Shown: positions 1-10,361, numbered from the stretch's first letter. The stretch: 64,000 nt of DNA from Prochloron sp. (GCA_965198675.1 OZ240666.1:3172776-3236775), one strand, 5' to 3'. The notes: generated by a model not told the origin, from the sequence alone. A program made the numbers and translations.

Positions 1-210
1 TCAGCTAATTTTAAGCGGACTAATTTGACCAATGCAGTGCTAGAGGGTGCTTTTGCTGCTAGTGCTAGGTTCGATGGAGCTATTATTGACGGGGCTGATT
101 TTACCAATGTTTTGTTGAATGTGAATCAGGAAACAAAGCTTTGTGAAATAGCGACGGGAACCAATCCCACTACAGGAAGGGATACTCGGGATACTTTGTT
201 TTGTTTTTAA
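1..210 (+). CDS. pentapeptide-repeat protein, C-terminal part (5' end outside window)
   Basis: Frame 1 is open from nt 1. It shows consecutive 5-residue repeats (ANFKR TNLTN AVLEG AFAAS ARFDG AIIDG ADFTN VLLNV) followed by a short tail. Stop at 208-210. Confidence 0.6.
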   Translation, partial: SANFKRTNLTNAVLEGAFAASARFDGAIIDGADFTNVLLNVNQETKLCEIATGTNPTTGRDTRDTLFCF

Positions 211-220
211 TTGGTTTAAT

Positions 221-245
221 GGTGCGTTATCCGCACCGCTTTTCC
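221..245 (+). terminator. putative intrinsic terminator after the pentapeptide gene
   Basis: GGTGCG-TTATC-CGCACC hairpin (221-237) followed by GCTTTTCC. Confidence 0.4.
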
Positions 246-374
246 TAAGGGGATCGCTTCCATAACAATGAGCAATAAACAAGGTTCTTCTGGGAGAGAG
301 CGGGAGTAATCCCGCTGACTTACCCGATATCCAAAAAATATGGTACCCTTTTTATTTGCAAGTTGATGTAACCT

Positions 375-742
375 ATGCAGCAAGATCCAATAACCGAAAG
401 CGAGATTTGGTGCCCTGAAATTCTTGACTATCGATCCAGCACCGATGCCAAGAGAATCAAATATTTACAGTGTCAGTCAGACATTCTCATCTATGACCAA
501 ATCAAAAAGCAGCTCGTGGATTACATTTGGTCTTTAGATCCAAGCCGCAAACTTAGCGTTGAAGAGGCTGCCAATGAAATTCCTTCAATTATCGAACAAA
601 TCCCATTAGAAGAATATGGTAACTGGGTTTTCTATCCTTGGTCTCGACGACTAGTACATGTTTTGCCGCCCAATGCTTTTGTTGCTTTGCGCACCAACCG
701 TAATCGCTATAAGATTACTCCAGAAGAACAGGAACTTCTCAC
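375..742 (+). CDS. ThiF/E1-like + nitroreductase fusion protein (Rv1355c/MoeY-like), exon 1
   Basis: The ORF from ATG 375 runs into GTGCG at 743, the group II intron 5' end. After intron removal the frame continues exactly into the ThiF Rossmann motif (…EEQELLT|PPSTLIKKRIGIVGLSVGHS). Confidence 0.7.
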
Positions 743-3353
743 GTGCGGCTCGTTCCCTGTGAAAGCTGAGGCGTAAGCCAAACATAAGCAGGGGCTTGGT
801 TTTGGGACATCGGGACTGTTAATCTAAGCCACCGAAAGGGGCTGAAAAACAGAACTCTGAGTCACTACCTGAGCGCTAGACCCGCAAGGGAAATGCGAGG
901 GAAATTAGGAGAACTAAAGTGGAACTCCGAAACTCTAAGGCAGTGATTACCGAACCATGACAACTGAATGAATTATGAGAGTGAGGACACGGTCAGGAAT
1001 CGTGAAACCAAGTCTCTCCCGCGTGGGAATCGCGTGAATCCTTATCTGGCCACAGTGAGGTTAATCACCAGGCTGAAGCTGGCAACAGGGCGGTAAAGTG
1101 CGACCGAACGGTTAGGTAGAGATACTTCCGCTAATAGGGAGAACACAGGGATAACTTAACGTGAATCATCTGAGAAAAGACCTAAGTTCCGACACTGTCG
1201 GAAGGCCGTTATATACGACAGAAGAGACACCGAATAAAGACTCGTAAGGGTAAGTGTTTGCCACTTACATTCCTGAGTTGGTAGTGGGTCAAAGGGTGAG
1301 TCCCCAAGGGTTCGTAACAATAGTTCATTCGGAACGAGTAAAAACTCGCTCGACTTCGACTAAAACAGGGGATTCCAAGCCCAACATGTGAGGTGGTGGG
1401 GCTGCTTGATTAACAGCCTAACGGAAGAGCGAGGGTAAGAGAGGGCGTAACTGCCCGAGGGTTTCTAAAGAGAAGACACACAATGTAATTATCAGAGCGA
1501 ATTAAGGAGCTTAAGCTGTGCAAAGCACTAAGGTAGCCCCAATCGAATACCGCAGCATAGAGGATTTAAAACTTCACCTTGCAGTATTCCTGCGGGGTAG
1601 AAAGATAAGTCTGAAGGCTGACGATGTCTGGAAAGATTTGCCGTGGAAGCGATTCCGGGGTCAGGTCTTTCGATTACAGAGGAGTATCTTCAAAGCGCTT
1701 GCATACAATCAGAAAGTTAAGGTCAAACTCTTACAACGGCTTCTATTGAGAAGTCGTGCAGCTCAAGCTTTGGCCGTCAAACAAGTAACACAGCTGAATC
1801 AAGGGAAGAAGACCCCCGGAGTTGATGGAAAAACTGCACTCTCTACACGAGAGCGTCTGGTGTTGTGTCAGAGGCTAAATAAGCACTGGTACCACTGGAG
1901 ACACCAACAACTAAGAAGGGTAAACATCCCCAAGCCTAACGGCAAAACACGAGGATTAGGCATACCAACAATAGCAGACAGAGCATGGCAAGCGCTGCTT
2001 AAATTAGCAGCAGAGCCAGCTTATGAAGCTATAGCCGGGGAAAGAAGCTACGGCTTCAGACCCGGTCGCTGTACTGCGGACGCACAGAAGCTAATATTTG
2101 ACAACCTAAAAAGCAAGGCTAAGGGTAAGGATAAGCTGGTTCTGGAGACGGATATCAGTAAATGCTTCGACGAGATTGACCACAAAGTCATACTCAAAGG
2201 CGTTATCTTACCAACTGAAGCCAAACTAGGTTTGAAAATTGCGGTTAAAGCTGGTGTCCGTGGTGAATACCCCTCCAGTGTGAAGGGCACGCCGCAAGGT
2301 GGAGTGATATCCCCATTACTGGCAAATATAGCCCTAGATGGATTCGAGAACCTAGGGTCAGACCAAATTACGAGAACCCAAAAATACCACAAAGGTAAAA
2401 AGAATGGGTTTACAAAATCTGAAAGTATAAGGGGTATACGTTACGCGGATGACGCGGTCTTTATCTGTAAATCAAAAGCTGATACCAAAAAGCTGAGGCG
2501 AGATATAGACGAATTTCTCAAGTCCAGAGGGCTAAGAATAAACGAAGATAAGACTGAGATGAGGAGAGCTACGGATGGATTTGACTTTCTGGGATGGCGT
2601 TTTCGCGTCAACTCACGAGGAACATTTAAATCCGCACCGAGCCAAAAGAATTATGCGGAAATAAAGGCCAAAGTTAAAGCAACCTGGAAGAACAAAGAGT
2701 TGAGCACAGAAGCTCGGCTAAAGAAAATAGGAACACAGGTCCGTGGCTGGAGGAATTACCATAAATTCTGCGATATGTCAAAACACGCTCTATGGTCACT
2801 GCGCCAATGGTTATGGCGCAAACTAAGGGCAGATAAACGCAGGCAAGACCAAAAGGAGGCCGAAAAAGCGCGTCGTCAAGCCATTGAAGGTAAGAAGGCG
2901 AAGAAGGGAGCAGCAAAGCGCCAGCTCACGAAAGAGCAGGTGGATAAAGCATTTCCTAAAGTTTCCTGGGAAGTGAATAGTCACGTAATGGTCAAAGGTA
3001 GTGCCTCACCCTTCAATGGGAATATAGCCTATTGGGTTGGTCGGAACTCTGAACTTTATGAGGGATCAACCGCTAAAGCTATTAAGCGACAGAAAGGGAA
3101 ATGTACGCATTGCAACCGATTGTTCATGGAGATAGATGGTCCGGTGGAGTTGCACCACAAAGACGGGGACCACAACAACTGGGATATGAAAAATCTAGTT
3201 GCTCTTCATAGGGAATGTCACCAAGCTCAGACGATTCATCGGAAGAGAATTAAAGACGGACTCGTAAAGCGCGCCGTAAAGGCATAGAGATACCTGAGCT
3301 GTATGAGGTGAAAGTCTCACGTACAGTTCGTAGGAGAGGGGCGAGGTGGTAAC
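743..3353 (+). mobile_element. group II intron (bacterial, ORF-containing) interrupting the ThiF/nitroreductase gene
   Basis: 5' GTGCGGC at 743. Domain V GAGCTGTATGAGGTGAAAGTCTCACGTACAGTTC at 3296-3329. A short domain VI ends ...GGTAAC at 3353. An RT/maturase ORF sits in domain IV. Candidate EBS1 GTGAGG (981-986) pairs with exon-1 end TCTCAC (737-742). Removal restores the host reading frame. Confidence 0.9.
1518..3287 (+). CDS. group II intron-encoded protein: reverse transcriptase / maturase / HNH endonuclease
   Basis: GTG start preceded by AAGGAG. RT motifs are present, including IRYADDAVFIC (YADD). A maturase X region follows (GWRNYHKFC). The C-terminal HNH reads CTHCN…HHKDGDHNNWDMKNLVALHRECH. 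Confidence 0.95.
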   Translation: MQSTKVAPIEYRSIEDLKLHLAVFLRGRKISLKADDVWKDLPWKRFRGQVFRLQRSIFKALAYNQKVKVKLLQRLLLRSRAAQALAVKQVTQLNQGKKTPGVDGKTALSTRERLVLCQRLNKHWYHWRHQQLRRVNIPKPNGKTRGLGIPTIADRAWQALLKLAAEPAYEAIAGERSYGFRPGRCTADAQKLIFDNLKSKAKGKDKLVLETDISKCFDEIDHKVILKGVILPTEAKLGLKIAVKAGVRGEYPSSVKGTPQGGVISPLLANIALDGFENLGSDQITRTQKYHKGKKNGFTKSESIRGIRYADDAVFICKSKADTKKLRRDIDEFLKSRGLRINEDKTEMRRATDGFDFLGWRFRVNSRGTFKSAPSQKNYAEIKAKVKATWKNKELSTEARLKKIGTQVRGWRNYHKFCDMSKHALWSLRQWLWRKLRADKRRQDQKEAEKARRQAIEGKKAKKGAAKRQLTKEQVDKAFPKVSWEVNSHVMVKGSASPFNGNIAYWVGRNSELYEGSTAKAIKRQKGKCTHCNRLFMEIDGPVELHHKDGDHNNWDMKNLVALHRECHQAQTIHRKRIKDGLVKRAVKA

Positions 3354-5268
3354 ACCTCCCTCGACTCTAATTAAAAAGCGCATCGGCATTGTTGGACTTT
3401 CTGTAGGGCACAGCATCGCTATAGGGTTGGGGTTAGAAAGGTGTTTCGGAGAACTGCGTCTGGCTGATTTTGATACCATCGATCTCTCCAATCTTAATCG
3501 CATCAATACACCCATTCACAATATTGGGGTCAACAAAGCGATTGTTGTCGCCCGTGAACTATTGGAAATCGATCCTTATCTCAACATTTCATGTTATCCC
3601 GAGGGCATTAACACGAAAAACATAGAAGACTTCTTGTGTCGAGATGGTCAGCTAGATCTGCTTATCGATGAGTGTGACAGCATCGACATTAAGTTTAGTC
3701 TCCGCTACGCAGCGCGAAAACAGCATATTCCTGTACTAATGGACACCAGCGACAATGGACTTATAGATGTGGAACGATACGATCTCGAACCGAATCGCAA
3801 GCTATTCCATGGTCTTGTGGAGGAAGTTTCTCCCGAAAAGATGAGAGGATTGTCCAATCGCGAGAAAGTACCCTATGGTTTGGCAATACTTGGGATAGAT
3901 GGAGTTTCTGACCGACTGCAACTCTCCCTCTTGGAAATAGAGAGCACCGTTTCCACATGGCCACAACTAGGTTCTGCTGTCTTGCTTGGTGGTGGGGCTG
4001 CCACTGATACTACTCGACGTATATTACTGGGACAGTCCATACAGTCTGGAAGGTATTCTCTTGATTTGAATCAGATAATCAGATGCGGCAGCATTCCTGA
4101 ATCAACACATTCCGGCAAAGAAGAACCAGGTTTTCAATGGTTTGCTAAGAAGCAAATACAAAGTCTGCCACCAGTTTCATCAACTGCCGGTACCATGCCG
4201 TCGATGCCGATGCTTCGTGACTTGATTAGGGTGGCTTCCCTTGCACCTTCTGGGGGAAATTCCCAACCATGGCTCTGGGTATCCACCAACCATGGGCTCC
4301 ATCTCTTCCTCGATCCCCGCACCAAAGCAACATTGATAGATTTTTGGAATTTAGGGAGCACCCTAGCCCTTGGAGCAACGGCGGAAAGTTTCATTCTTGC
4401 AGCCGGGAAATCGGGACTTGGAGTCAGTAGAGAAGAGTTCTGCCCATCCCTTTTTCCTGTTGCCCGATTCACCTTTCCCATAGGCGAACCTAACGTATCT
4501 AACTGCGAACTCGCCGAAGGACTTACCCATAGGACCACTAATCGCAGCAATTTGCCATCCGATCCCTTACCCACCGATCTGGGGGAGAGAATCGATGGGA
4601 TTCTAGCTCCGTTTTCAGGGGTTCACTGTAGGATCGTAACAGATCCAGAAGTGATAACAGCCATTGGCAGGATAGCCGGTGAAGCTGACCGTTTACGCTT
4701 TCTCAACTCAGCCGCTCATGGCGAAATGATGGAGGAACTACGTTGGGATTCTGAAGAGGCAGAGCGCACTCGCGATGGCATCGAGGTAGCTCACTTGGGG
4801 CTGGATGAGATAGATCTTTGCGGCTTGCAGGTACTTCGCAACCCAAAGATAGTGGCAGAAGCTAACAAATGGGGTATTATGGGGGCAAATCTCGTGAAAG
4901 GGGCACAAACTGCCTTTAATAATTCAGGCGGTGTCGGGCTCTTATTCGTTGAAAAGCCCACTTGCCCAGACTTTTTCATAGCTGGGCGAGCATTGATGCA
5001 CCTCTGGTTATATCTTGAGAAGTGTGGTTTTGGGCTGCACCCTTGGACGGCGTCTATTTATTTTATCATGCGTTTTGTGCAGGAAAAAGGCCTAGGTTTT
5101 AGCCCATCTGAACAACGTTCCCTGTCCGTGCTTCGAGAGGAGTTCCACCGGTGCTTTGGTCTCGATGGGTCCCAGGGGCTAGCAGTTATGTTTCGGATCA
5201 CAACATCCCCCAAACCTATGGGTCGCTCAAAGCGCAAGTCAGTAGACGATATTCTAATTACCTACTAA
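3354..5268 (+). CDS. ThiF/E1-like + nitroreductase fusion protein, exon 2
   Basis: Contains the ThiF-type dinucleotide fold (IGIVGLSVGHSIAIGL…DFDTIDLSNLNR). This is followed by nitroreductase-like repeats (LASLAPSGGNSQPW…; RTTNRS…; HPW…). The spliced product would be about 760 aa. Confidence 0.75.
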
Positions 5269-5326
5269 AACAAAAATAAATTTTCCGAACCATATTAATA
5301 TAATTTTAGATGACGGAGATATAAAA

Positions 5327-5881
5327 ATGAATTTGGGGAAAAATGCTCAAATCAAAATCCTAGATTGTATAACTGATGACATTATTCAACTAAGGAAGGA
5401 TGTCTATGTTCAAGAAAAAGGTCTCATAAAAGAGTAAAATGTGATTACAGAAGATGACAAAAATGGAGTTCACATTTGTCTTTATAGTGAGGGTACACTT
5501 ATTGCTACAATACTGGGAGTAAGAGCTGTTCAATCTTATTTTCAGCATCTTACAAATATTTCTTCAAATTTTTTAGAAAATTCTTTTTATCTTACTCGTG
5601 CTGTAATCAAGAAGGAATATAGTGGTAAGGGTATATTTCAGTTCTTGATGTATCTCGCTTTAAGAGAAGGTCGCAAACAAGGAAAAAAAGTTTGTGTAAA
5701 TCTGTTTGAAAGAACGTCTCTCATAAATAATCTGATGAAAGTAGAGTGGTTGGATTTAGATATATCCTATTCCCACTACAAGCTATATGCTGGAAAATTT
5801 TATATTGAATATGGTTTAAGCAAAACTTGGAACCGAATGTCTTCTGATTTACAAAAGCTTGTTCTAGATTCTAATCTTTGA
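5327..5881 (+). pseudogene. GNAT-family N-acetyltransferase with one in-frame TAA (5435-5437)
   Basis: ATG 5327 (MNLGKNAQIKILDCITDDIIQLRKDVYVQEKGLIKE*) is in the same frame as ORF 5441-5881. The downstream part carries the GNAT acetyl-CoA motif (RAVIKKEYSGKGIFQFLMYLALREGRKQGKK). The region is AT-rich compared with its neighbours. Confidence 0.55.
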
Positions 5882-5960
5882 GTTTCGGATGTTTAACTAA
5901 CAGCTTTAGTAGGTTGGGTAGAGCGTAAGCGTTACCCAACAGCACCAACCCAACCAACGG

Positions 5961-6347
5961 CTATATGTGGGATGAATTTTTTGTTTCTAAAGTTAGCACA
6001 TCGGAAGCCATATCTACCACCAGTCGCCGAGTTTTTAACCACTGACGACCAAGTAAAATTTCTGGCACTCCATTCCCTGTATGAACGGGTATATCAAATG
6101 TAATCCCATCTAAACACACTCTACCTGCATAAAGATTAAACTCTGCTTCGGTTCCTTTTGCCATCTGCATCTTCCTCTGTCCTAAATAAATCCAACCAAG
6201 TCCCTCTAAATCTTGCATATCAATTGCTAACCAACCTGAAAATCCAGTATCGAGTATTGCTTCAATAGGTAATTCTAATCCGTCAGCAGCGATTAACTCA
6301 ATTTCAAATAATAACTCGTCTTCATCCCCAAATCTACCTTGAATCAT
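5961..6347 (-). CDS. retropepsin-like (clan AA) aspartic protease
   Basis: Shows the DTGFSG active-site motif in a 128-aa protein. It overlaps the upstream small ORF by 4 nt. Confidence 0.7.
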   Translation of the reverse strand: MIQGRFGDEDELLFEIELIAADGLELPIEAILDTGFSGWLAIDMQDLEGLGWIYLGQRKMQMAKGTEAEFNLYAGRVCLDGITFDIPVHTGNGVPEILLGRQWLKTRRLVVDMASDVLTLETKNSSHI

Positions 6348-6661
6348 ATGCTTCCAGATACCCCTGTCTCGTTAATCCGGAAAAGATAGAAAGGAGCATT
6401 GGGGTGTTTCTGACGGGACATATTGATAGCGGTTAATTCATCTTCAGCAAGAAAATAATCCCCTGTTTCTGGTTCTACCGTCAGATACCAATTGTAGCAA
6501 GTTTCCATCAATTCCGATTTGACTCTTTCAAAAATTGGCTTGCATCGTTGATAGAATGCTTCCTGTTCCAATCGACTCTTTGCTTTCTTTTCTGGAGACC
6601 ACTGGATTTCTGGAAATACTCTTCCTCTACGCACTTTGGTAATTGGTTTTGCTTGAGTCAT
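6344..6661 (-). CDS. small conserved-looking hypothetical protein, translationally coupled to the aspartic protease
   Basis: 105-aa ORF whose stop overlaps the protease start (ATGA-type overlap). I recognise no motif. Confidence 0.45.
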   Translation of the reverse strand: MTQAKPITKVRRGRVFPEIQWSPEKKAKSRLEQEAFYQRCKPIFERVKSELMETCYNWYLTVEPETGDYFLAEDELTAINMSRQKHPNAPFYLFRINETGVSGSI

Positions 6662-7216
6662 TTTGTGTTTTCCTTAAGAATTATCGATTTTATCTTTCCA
6701 CTCTCTAATATTATATACCAAGATGCCATTTGTCAAGTAAATCTTCGAGCTAATTTGTAAAGATAATATTCAAAGTTTGCACGGCATCTTCTTAGGTTTA
6801 GGCAGCAACTGATTTGTTGGGTTGAGGCACGAAACCCAACAGCACCAAACCATGTTGGGTTTTGCTGGCGCTCAACTACAGCTATAGCAGTGAGCGCTGA
6901 GGTATTTACAAATTCACCAAACGAACGATTGCTAAAACCTTTTTACATAGCTTTTCACGAACCCGATTCCCGATTCCCGATTCCCCCGCGCAGCGCTATA
7001 TTTTGTCAATTATCCGGTCTTTTGATGGTAAATTACCACCCTACAAGGGTCTGAAATAATAATATTATTATGTAATTCTTGAGTTGCTCTAGCTTTACCC
7101 ATTCCCTCTCATATTATTATAATAATGTAAAGTTTTGAACAAGATTCAATATTTGGGGTAAATCGCTTATTTTAGATGTATACTATAGATATAGACCTTT
7201 GGAAGGAATAACGAAA

Positions 7217-7405
7217 ATGACTCTCAAACTTGAACTGAAAGACCTACCACTTCGCTCTCGCCAGCCCTCTACATCTGAAATCGACCAATTTGGGGGGGCG
7301 CTACCCGAGAAGCAATTTGTAAGTCAACTAAAGACTGTGAAAGTGGTCAATACTGTTGTCCTCCAAATGAGAATGTACATGTATGTCGATGGGGCATTGC
7401 AGTGA
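7217..7405 (+). CDS. hypothetical small peptide (62 aa) with a double-glycine-like leader
   Basis: ATG 7217 follows GGAAGGAATAACGAAA. The N-terminal part MTLKLELKDLPLRSRQPSTSEIDQFGG|A resembles GG-type leader peptides. Upstream sequence is AT-rich and promoter-like. There is no homology evidence. Confidence 0.25.
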   Translation: MTLKLELKDLPLRSRQPSTSEIDQFGGALPEKQFVSQLKTVKVVNTVVLQMRMYMYVDGALQ

Positions 7406-7514
7406 TAGAAATCCAAATGGCAGTTAACAATACTCCTGGGAGATGTGTCTAGTGGCATAGAAGTGGCGATAACCTACAACCTTTTGCGTCTTTGCGGGCG
7501 CAAGGGTTGCGCCC

Positions 7515-8567
7515 CTACAGTAGTTGCTGATATTTAGGATCGCCTTGAAGTTGTTTGAGAACCTGTTTTATTTCCTGGGTGCGGTGTTTATTCACTACTA
7601 AGGTAACATTTCCATCCCGCACAATGACCACATCTTCTAAACCAATAGTTACTATAGCCTCTTTTTCATTACTGCTATAAATAATCGCTCCTTTTGTATC
7701 TCTTCCCACGTGGTTTGCTAAGGTGATATTTTCTCCCTTTCCTGGTAATAATCTTTCCAAGGAAGACCAGTCTCCCAGGTCGTCCCAACCGAAGTTAACA
7801 GAGAGCACATAGGCTAATTGGGTTTTCTCCATGACAGCATAGTCAATGCTTTTCTTCTCTAACTCTTTATAAGCGTCTTTCCCTTTTGTTCTCAAAAGTT
7901 GGATAATTTGCGGTGCGTGTATTTCTAGTTCCTGTAACATTACTTGAGGACGGAAGATAAACATACCGCTATTCCAACTATAGCGTCCGGTGTCTATAAA
8001 GGATATTGCTGTTGTCTTGTTGGGCTTTTCGGTAAAGCGACTCACTTTATAAACCGGTAACCCACCAAAATCACCTTCTTTTTCCCCTTGTTCAATATAA
8101 CCATACCCAGTAGAAGGGTAGTTAGGTTTTATTCCCAGAGTAACTACAGCTTGTTTGGTAACTGCTAGTTCTGTAGCTGCTTCAATAGTGCGGGCGAAAC
8201 CGTGGGTATCCCCTATCCAGTGGTCCGCAGGAAAAAAGCCCAGGGGTGTTTGACCGTGGCGTTGTGCTGCTTCTAGGGTAGCCCAAGCTACGGCAGGAGC
8301 TGTGTCTTTCCCTTCTGGTTCTATTAATAAGTTTTCTGCTGGTAATTCTGGTAACTGTTCTCTCACTCCCTGGGCAATTATAGCAGATGTCACTACCCAT
8401 AATTTATCCCAATTCCCTGCTAGGGGTAAGAGACGGTCTGCTGTTGCTTGGAGCAGGCTTTTGCCGCTACCATCGAGGGAAAGGAACTGTTTGGGGCGCT
8501 TTCTGCGACTGAGGGGCCAAAATCTTTCTCCTTTACCACCTGCGAGAATAATTGGAATTAGAGTCAT
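7515..8567 (-). CDS. manC: mannose-1-phosphate guanylyltransferase (nucleotidyltransferase domain only)
   Basis: N-terminal IPIILAGGKGERFWPLSRRKRPKQFL motif, with typical ManC/CpsB length and layout but no isomerase domain. Confidence 0.85.
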   Translation of the reverse strand: MTLIPIILAGGKGERFWPLSRRKRPKQFLSLDGSGKSLLQATADRLLPLAGNWDKLWVVTSAIIAQGVREQLPELPAENLLIEPEGKDTAPAVAWATLEAAQRHGQTPLGFFPADHWIGDTHGFARTIEAATELAVTKQAVVTLGIKPNYPSTGYGYIEQGEKEGDFGGLPVYKVSRFTEKPNKTTAISFIDTGRYSWNSGMFIFRPQVMLQELEIHAPQIIQLLRTKGKDAYKELEKKSIDYAVMEKTQLAYVLSVNFGWDDLGDWSSLERLLPGKGENITLANHVGRDTKGAIIYSSNEKEAIVTIGLEDVVIVRDGNVTLVVNKHRTQEIKQVLKQLQGDPKYQQLL

Positions 8568-8627
8568 AATAGGGTGATAGGAGGATAGGGGTGATAGGAG
8601 TAATCTTTTTCTGGTTTGGTGGGAAAA

Positions 8628-10022
8628 TTATGAAAGAACTGGTAACTGAAAAGGATTTGCTGCTTCTAATTGGGCCGCTATTGCAATTATAGTGGCTTCT
8701 GCTGCTGGACGACCGATTAGTTGGATGGCTATGGGTAAACCATGGTGGTCAAAATTGCCTGTGGGAAGGGCGATCGCTGGTAGTCCGGTAGCATTTGCCA
8801 GGGGGTTGGGAGTCATCCAAGCAATCACTTTAGCGACGGTTTCTGGGGGAGGAACATGGTCCCACTCCCCAACTTTTATGGGTGAATGCATTAATACGGG
8901 AAGCAGGAGGACGTCAAATTTGTGGAAGAAAGCAATAATTTGCCTTGATACTATTTGCATTTTAGCAATTGCTCGCAAGTATTCTCCAGCGGAACCTGTT
9001 TGAGAAGCAAGCCAAGCGTTCATAGGACTCATGGCTGCTAGAGGAACTTCACTGCATGTCACTCCTGCTTGCCAAACTTGCTTAAAGGGTTCCACCAAAG
9101 GGGTCAAATCGGGACAGCTTTCTGTTATGATATGGCCCATAGCTGCCAAGGTCTGGGCTGTCTGTTCTACTGCCTGCTGATAAATCTCTACCGCAGCTCC
9201 TGTAGGTAGAACTGTACTGGAAAAGGCAATGCGCAACTGGGGTGGTTTTTGCTGGGCTGCTTCCAGGAAGGGGGTTTCCGGGTTGGGTAACCAATAGGGG
9301 TCTCCAGGAGCATAGCCTGCCATTACATCTAAGAGTGCTGCTGCATCGGCAACGGTATGAGCCAGGGGACCGTGGGTGGCGATGCCGTTTTGATAGTCTC
9401 CTAGGGGGGCATTAGATACCCTCCCTCTGGCTGGTTTTAGCCCCACTAAGCCACAACAAGCTGCGGGAATGCGAATTGAGCCTCCTCCGTCGGAACCGTG
9501 GGCTATGGGGCATAAACCTGCGGCTACGGCTGTGGCTGCTCCCCCACTAGAACCGCCGGAAGTGTGATGGGGATTCCAGGGGTTGCGGGTGGGAGGGAAA
9601 CCTGGGGGTTCCGTATAAGGTAAGGAACCGAGTTGGGAGGTGGCGGTTTTACCTAAAATAACGAATCCAGCCTTTTTCATCCGGGTTACTACCCCTTCAT
9701 CATACTTAGCTATGTTATGTTTTAGTGCTTGGACGCCATAGCTAGTCGGCACTTCAGATAGATTGTATAAATCTTTTATGGCAGTGGGAACGCCGAAAAA
9801 AGGAGTTTTTGGGGGATCGGTTTGAGCTAGTTGTTCTGTTTTTCTTCTAGCATCATCCAGTGCAAGTTCGGCGATGATAGTAGAGAAACTGCCTAACTGA
9901 GGATCGAACTGTTCAATGCGATCCAGATAGAGTTGGGTTAATTCTAAAGGGGATACCTCGCGATTTTTAATTAGTTTTGCTTGCTCTAAAGCTGAAGTAA
10001 AGGCTAAATCAGTTTTATTCAT
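8628..10022 (-). CDS. amidase (amidase-signature family, GatA-like)
   Basis: Amidase signature segment GGSSGGAATAVAAG…GSDGGGSIRIPAACCG in a 464-aa protein. Confidence 0.85.
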   Translation of the reverse strand: MNKTDLAFTSALEQAKLIKNREVSPLELTQLYLDRIEQFDPQLGSFSTIIAELALDDARRKTEQLAQTDPPKTPFFGVPTAIKDLYNLSEVPTSYGVQALKHNIAKYDEGVVTRMKKAGFVILGKTATSQLGSLPYTEPPGFPPTRNPWNPHHTSGGSSGGAATAVAAGLCPIAHGSDGGGSIRIPAACCGLVGLKPARGRVSNAPLGDYQNGIATHGPLAHTVADAAALLDVMAGYAPGDPYWLPNPETPFLEAAQQKPPQLRIAFSSTVLPTGAAVEIYQQAVEQTAQTLAAMGHIITESCPDLTPLVEPFKQVWQAGVTCSEVPLAAMSPMNAWLASQTGSAGEYLRAIAKMQIVSRQIIAFFHKFDVLLLPVLMHSPIKVGEWDHVPPPETVAKVIAWMTPNPLANATGLPAIALPTGNFDHHGLPIAIQLIGRPAAEATIIAIAAQLEAANPFQLPVLS

Positions 10023-10361
10023 TATATATCCGCAGATGTACGCAGATGAACACAGATGAGCCCCCTTTATCCCCCCGATCTAAGGGGGGTACCCGAAGGG
10101 TGGGGGGATCGAGAAACAAGAAATGAACTACGCCGAGCCGCTACGCTGTATTGACGTCGCGGTCTTCTTGATGCCCGCAATGCTGACAAACATGAACGCG
10201 CTCGCTCAATGTTTTCTTGGTAGTTTCCCAACATTTAGCACATCTTTGAGTGGATTTTAACTTTTGTGTCGGTGCTTCTAAATAAACATCCCCCGCCTCA
10301 ATGACCTTGTATTTAATGGCATCTTTCGTCATGCCAATAGCTACATCTAAGAGGGACCGAT

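Noticed and set aside
375-5268. ThiF/nitroreductase gene as the cyclodehydratase/dehydrogenase core of a thiazole/oxazole (TOMM) RiPP cluster
   Set aside because: E1-like and SagB-like domains are present, but no YcaO gene lies nearby. The only candidate precursor (7217-7405) is 2 kb away, beyond two opposite-strand genes. The architecture matches the widespread Rv1355c/MoeY-type fusion, whose role is unknown.
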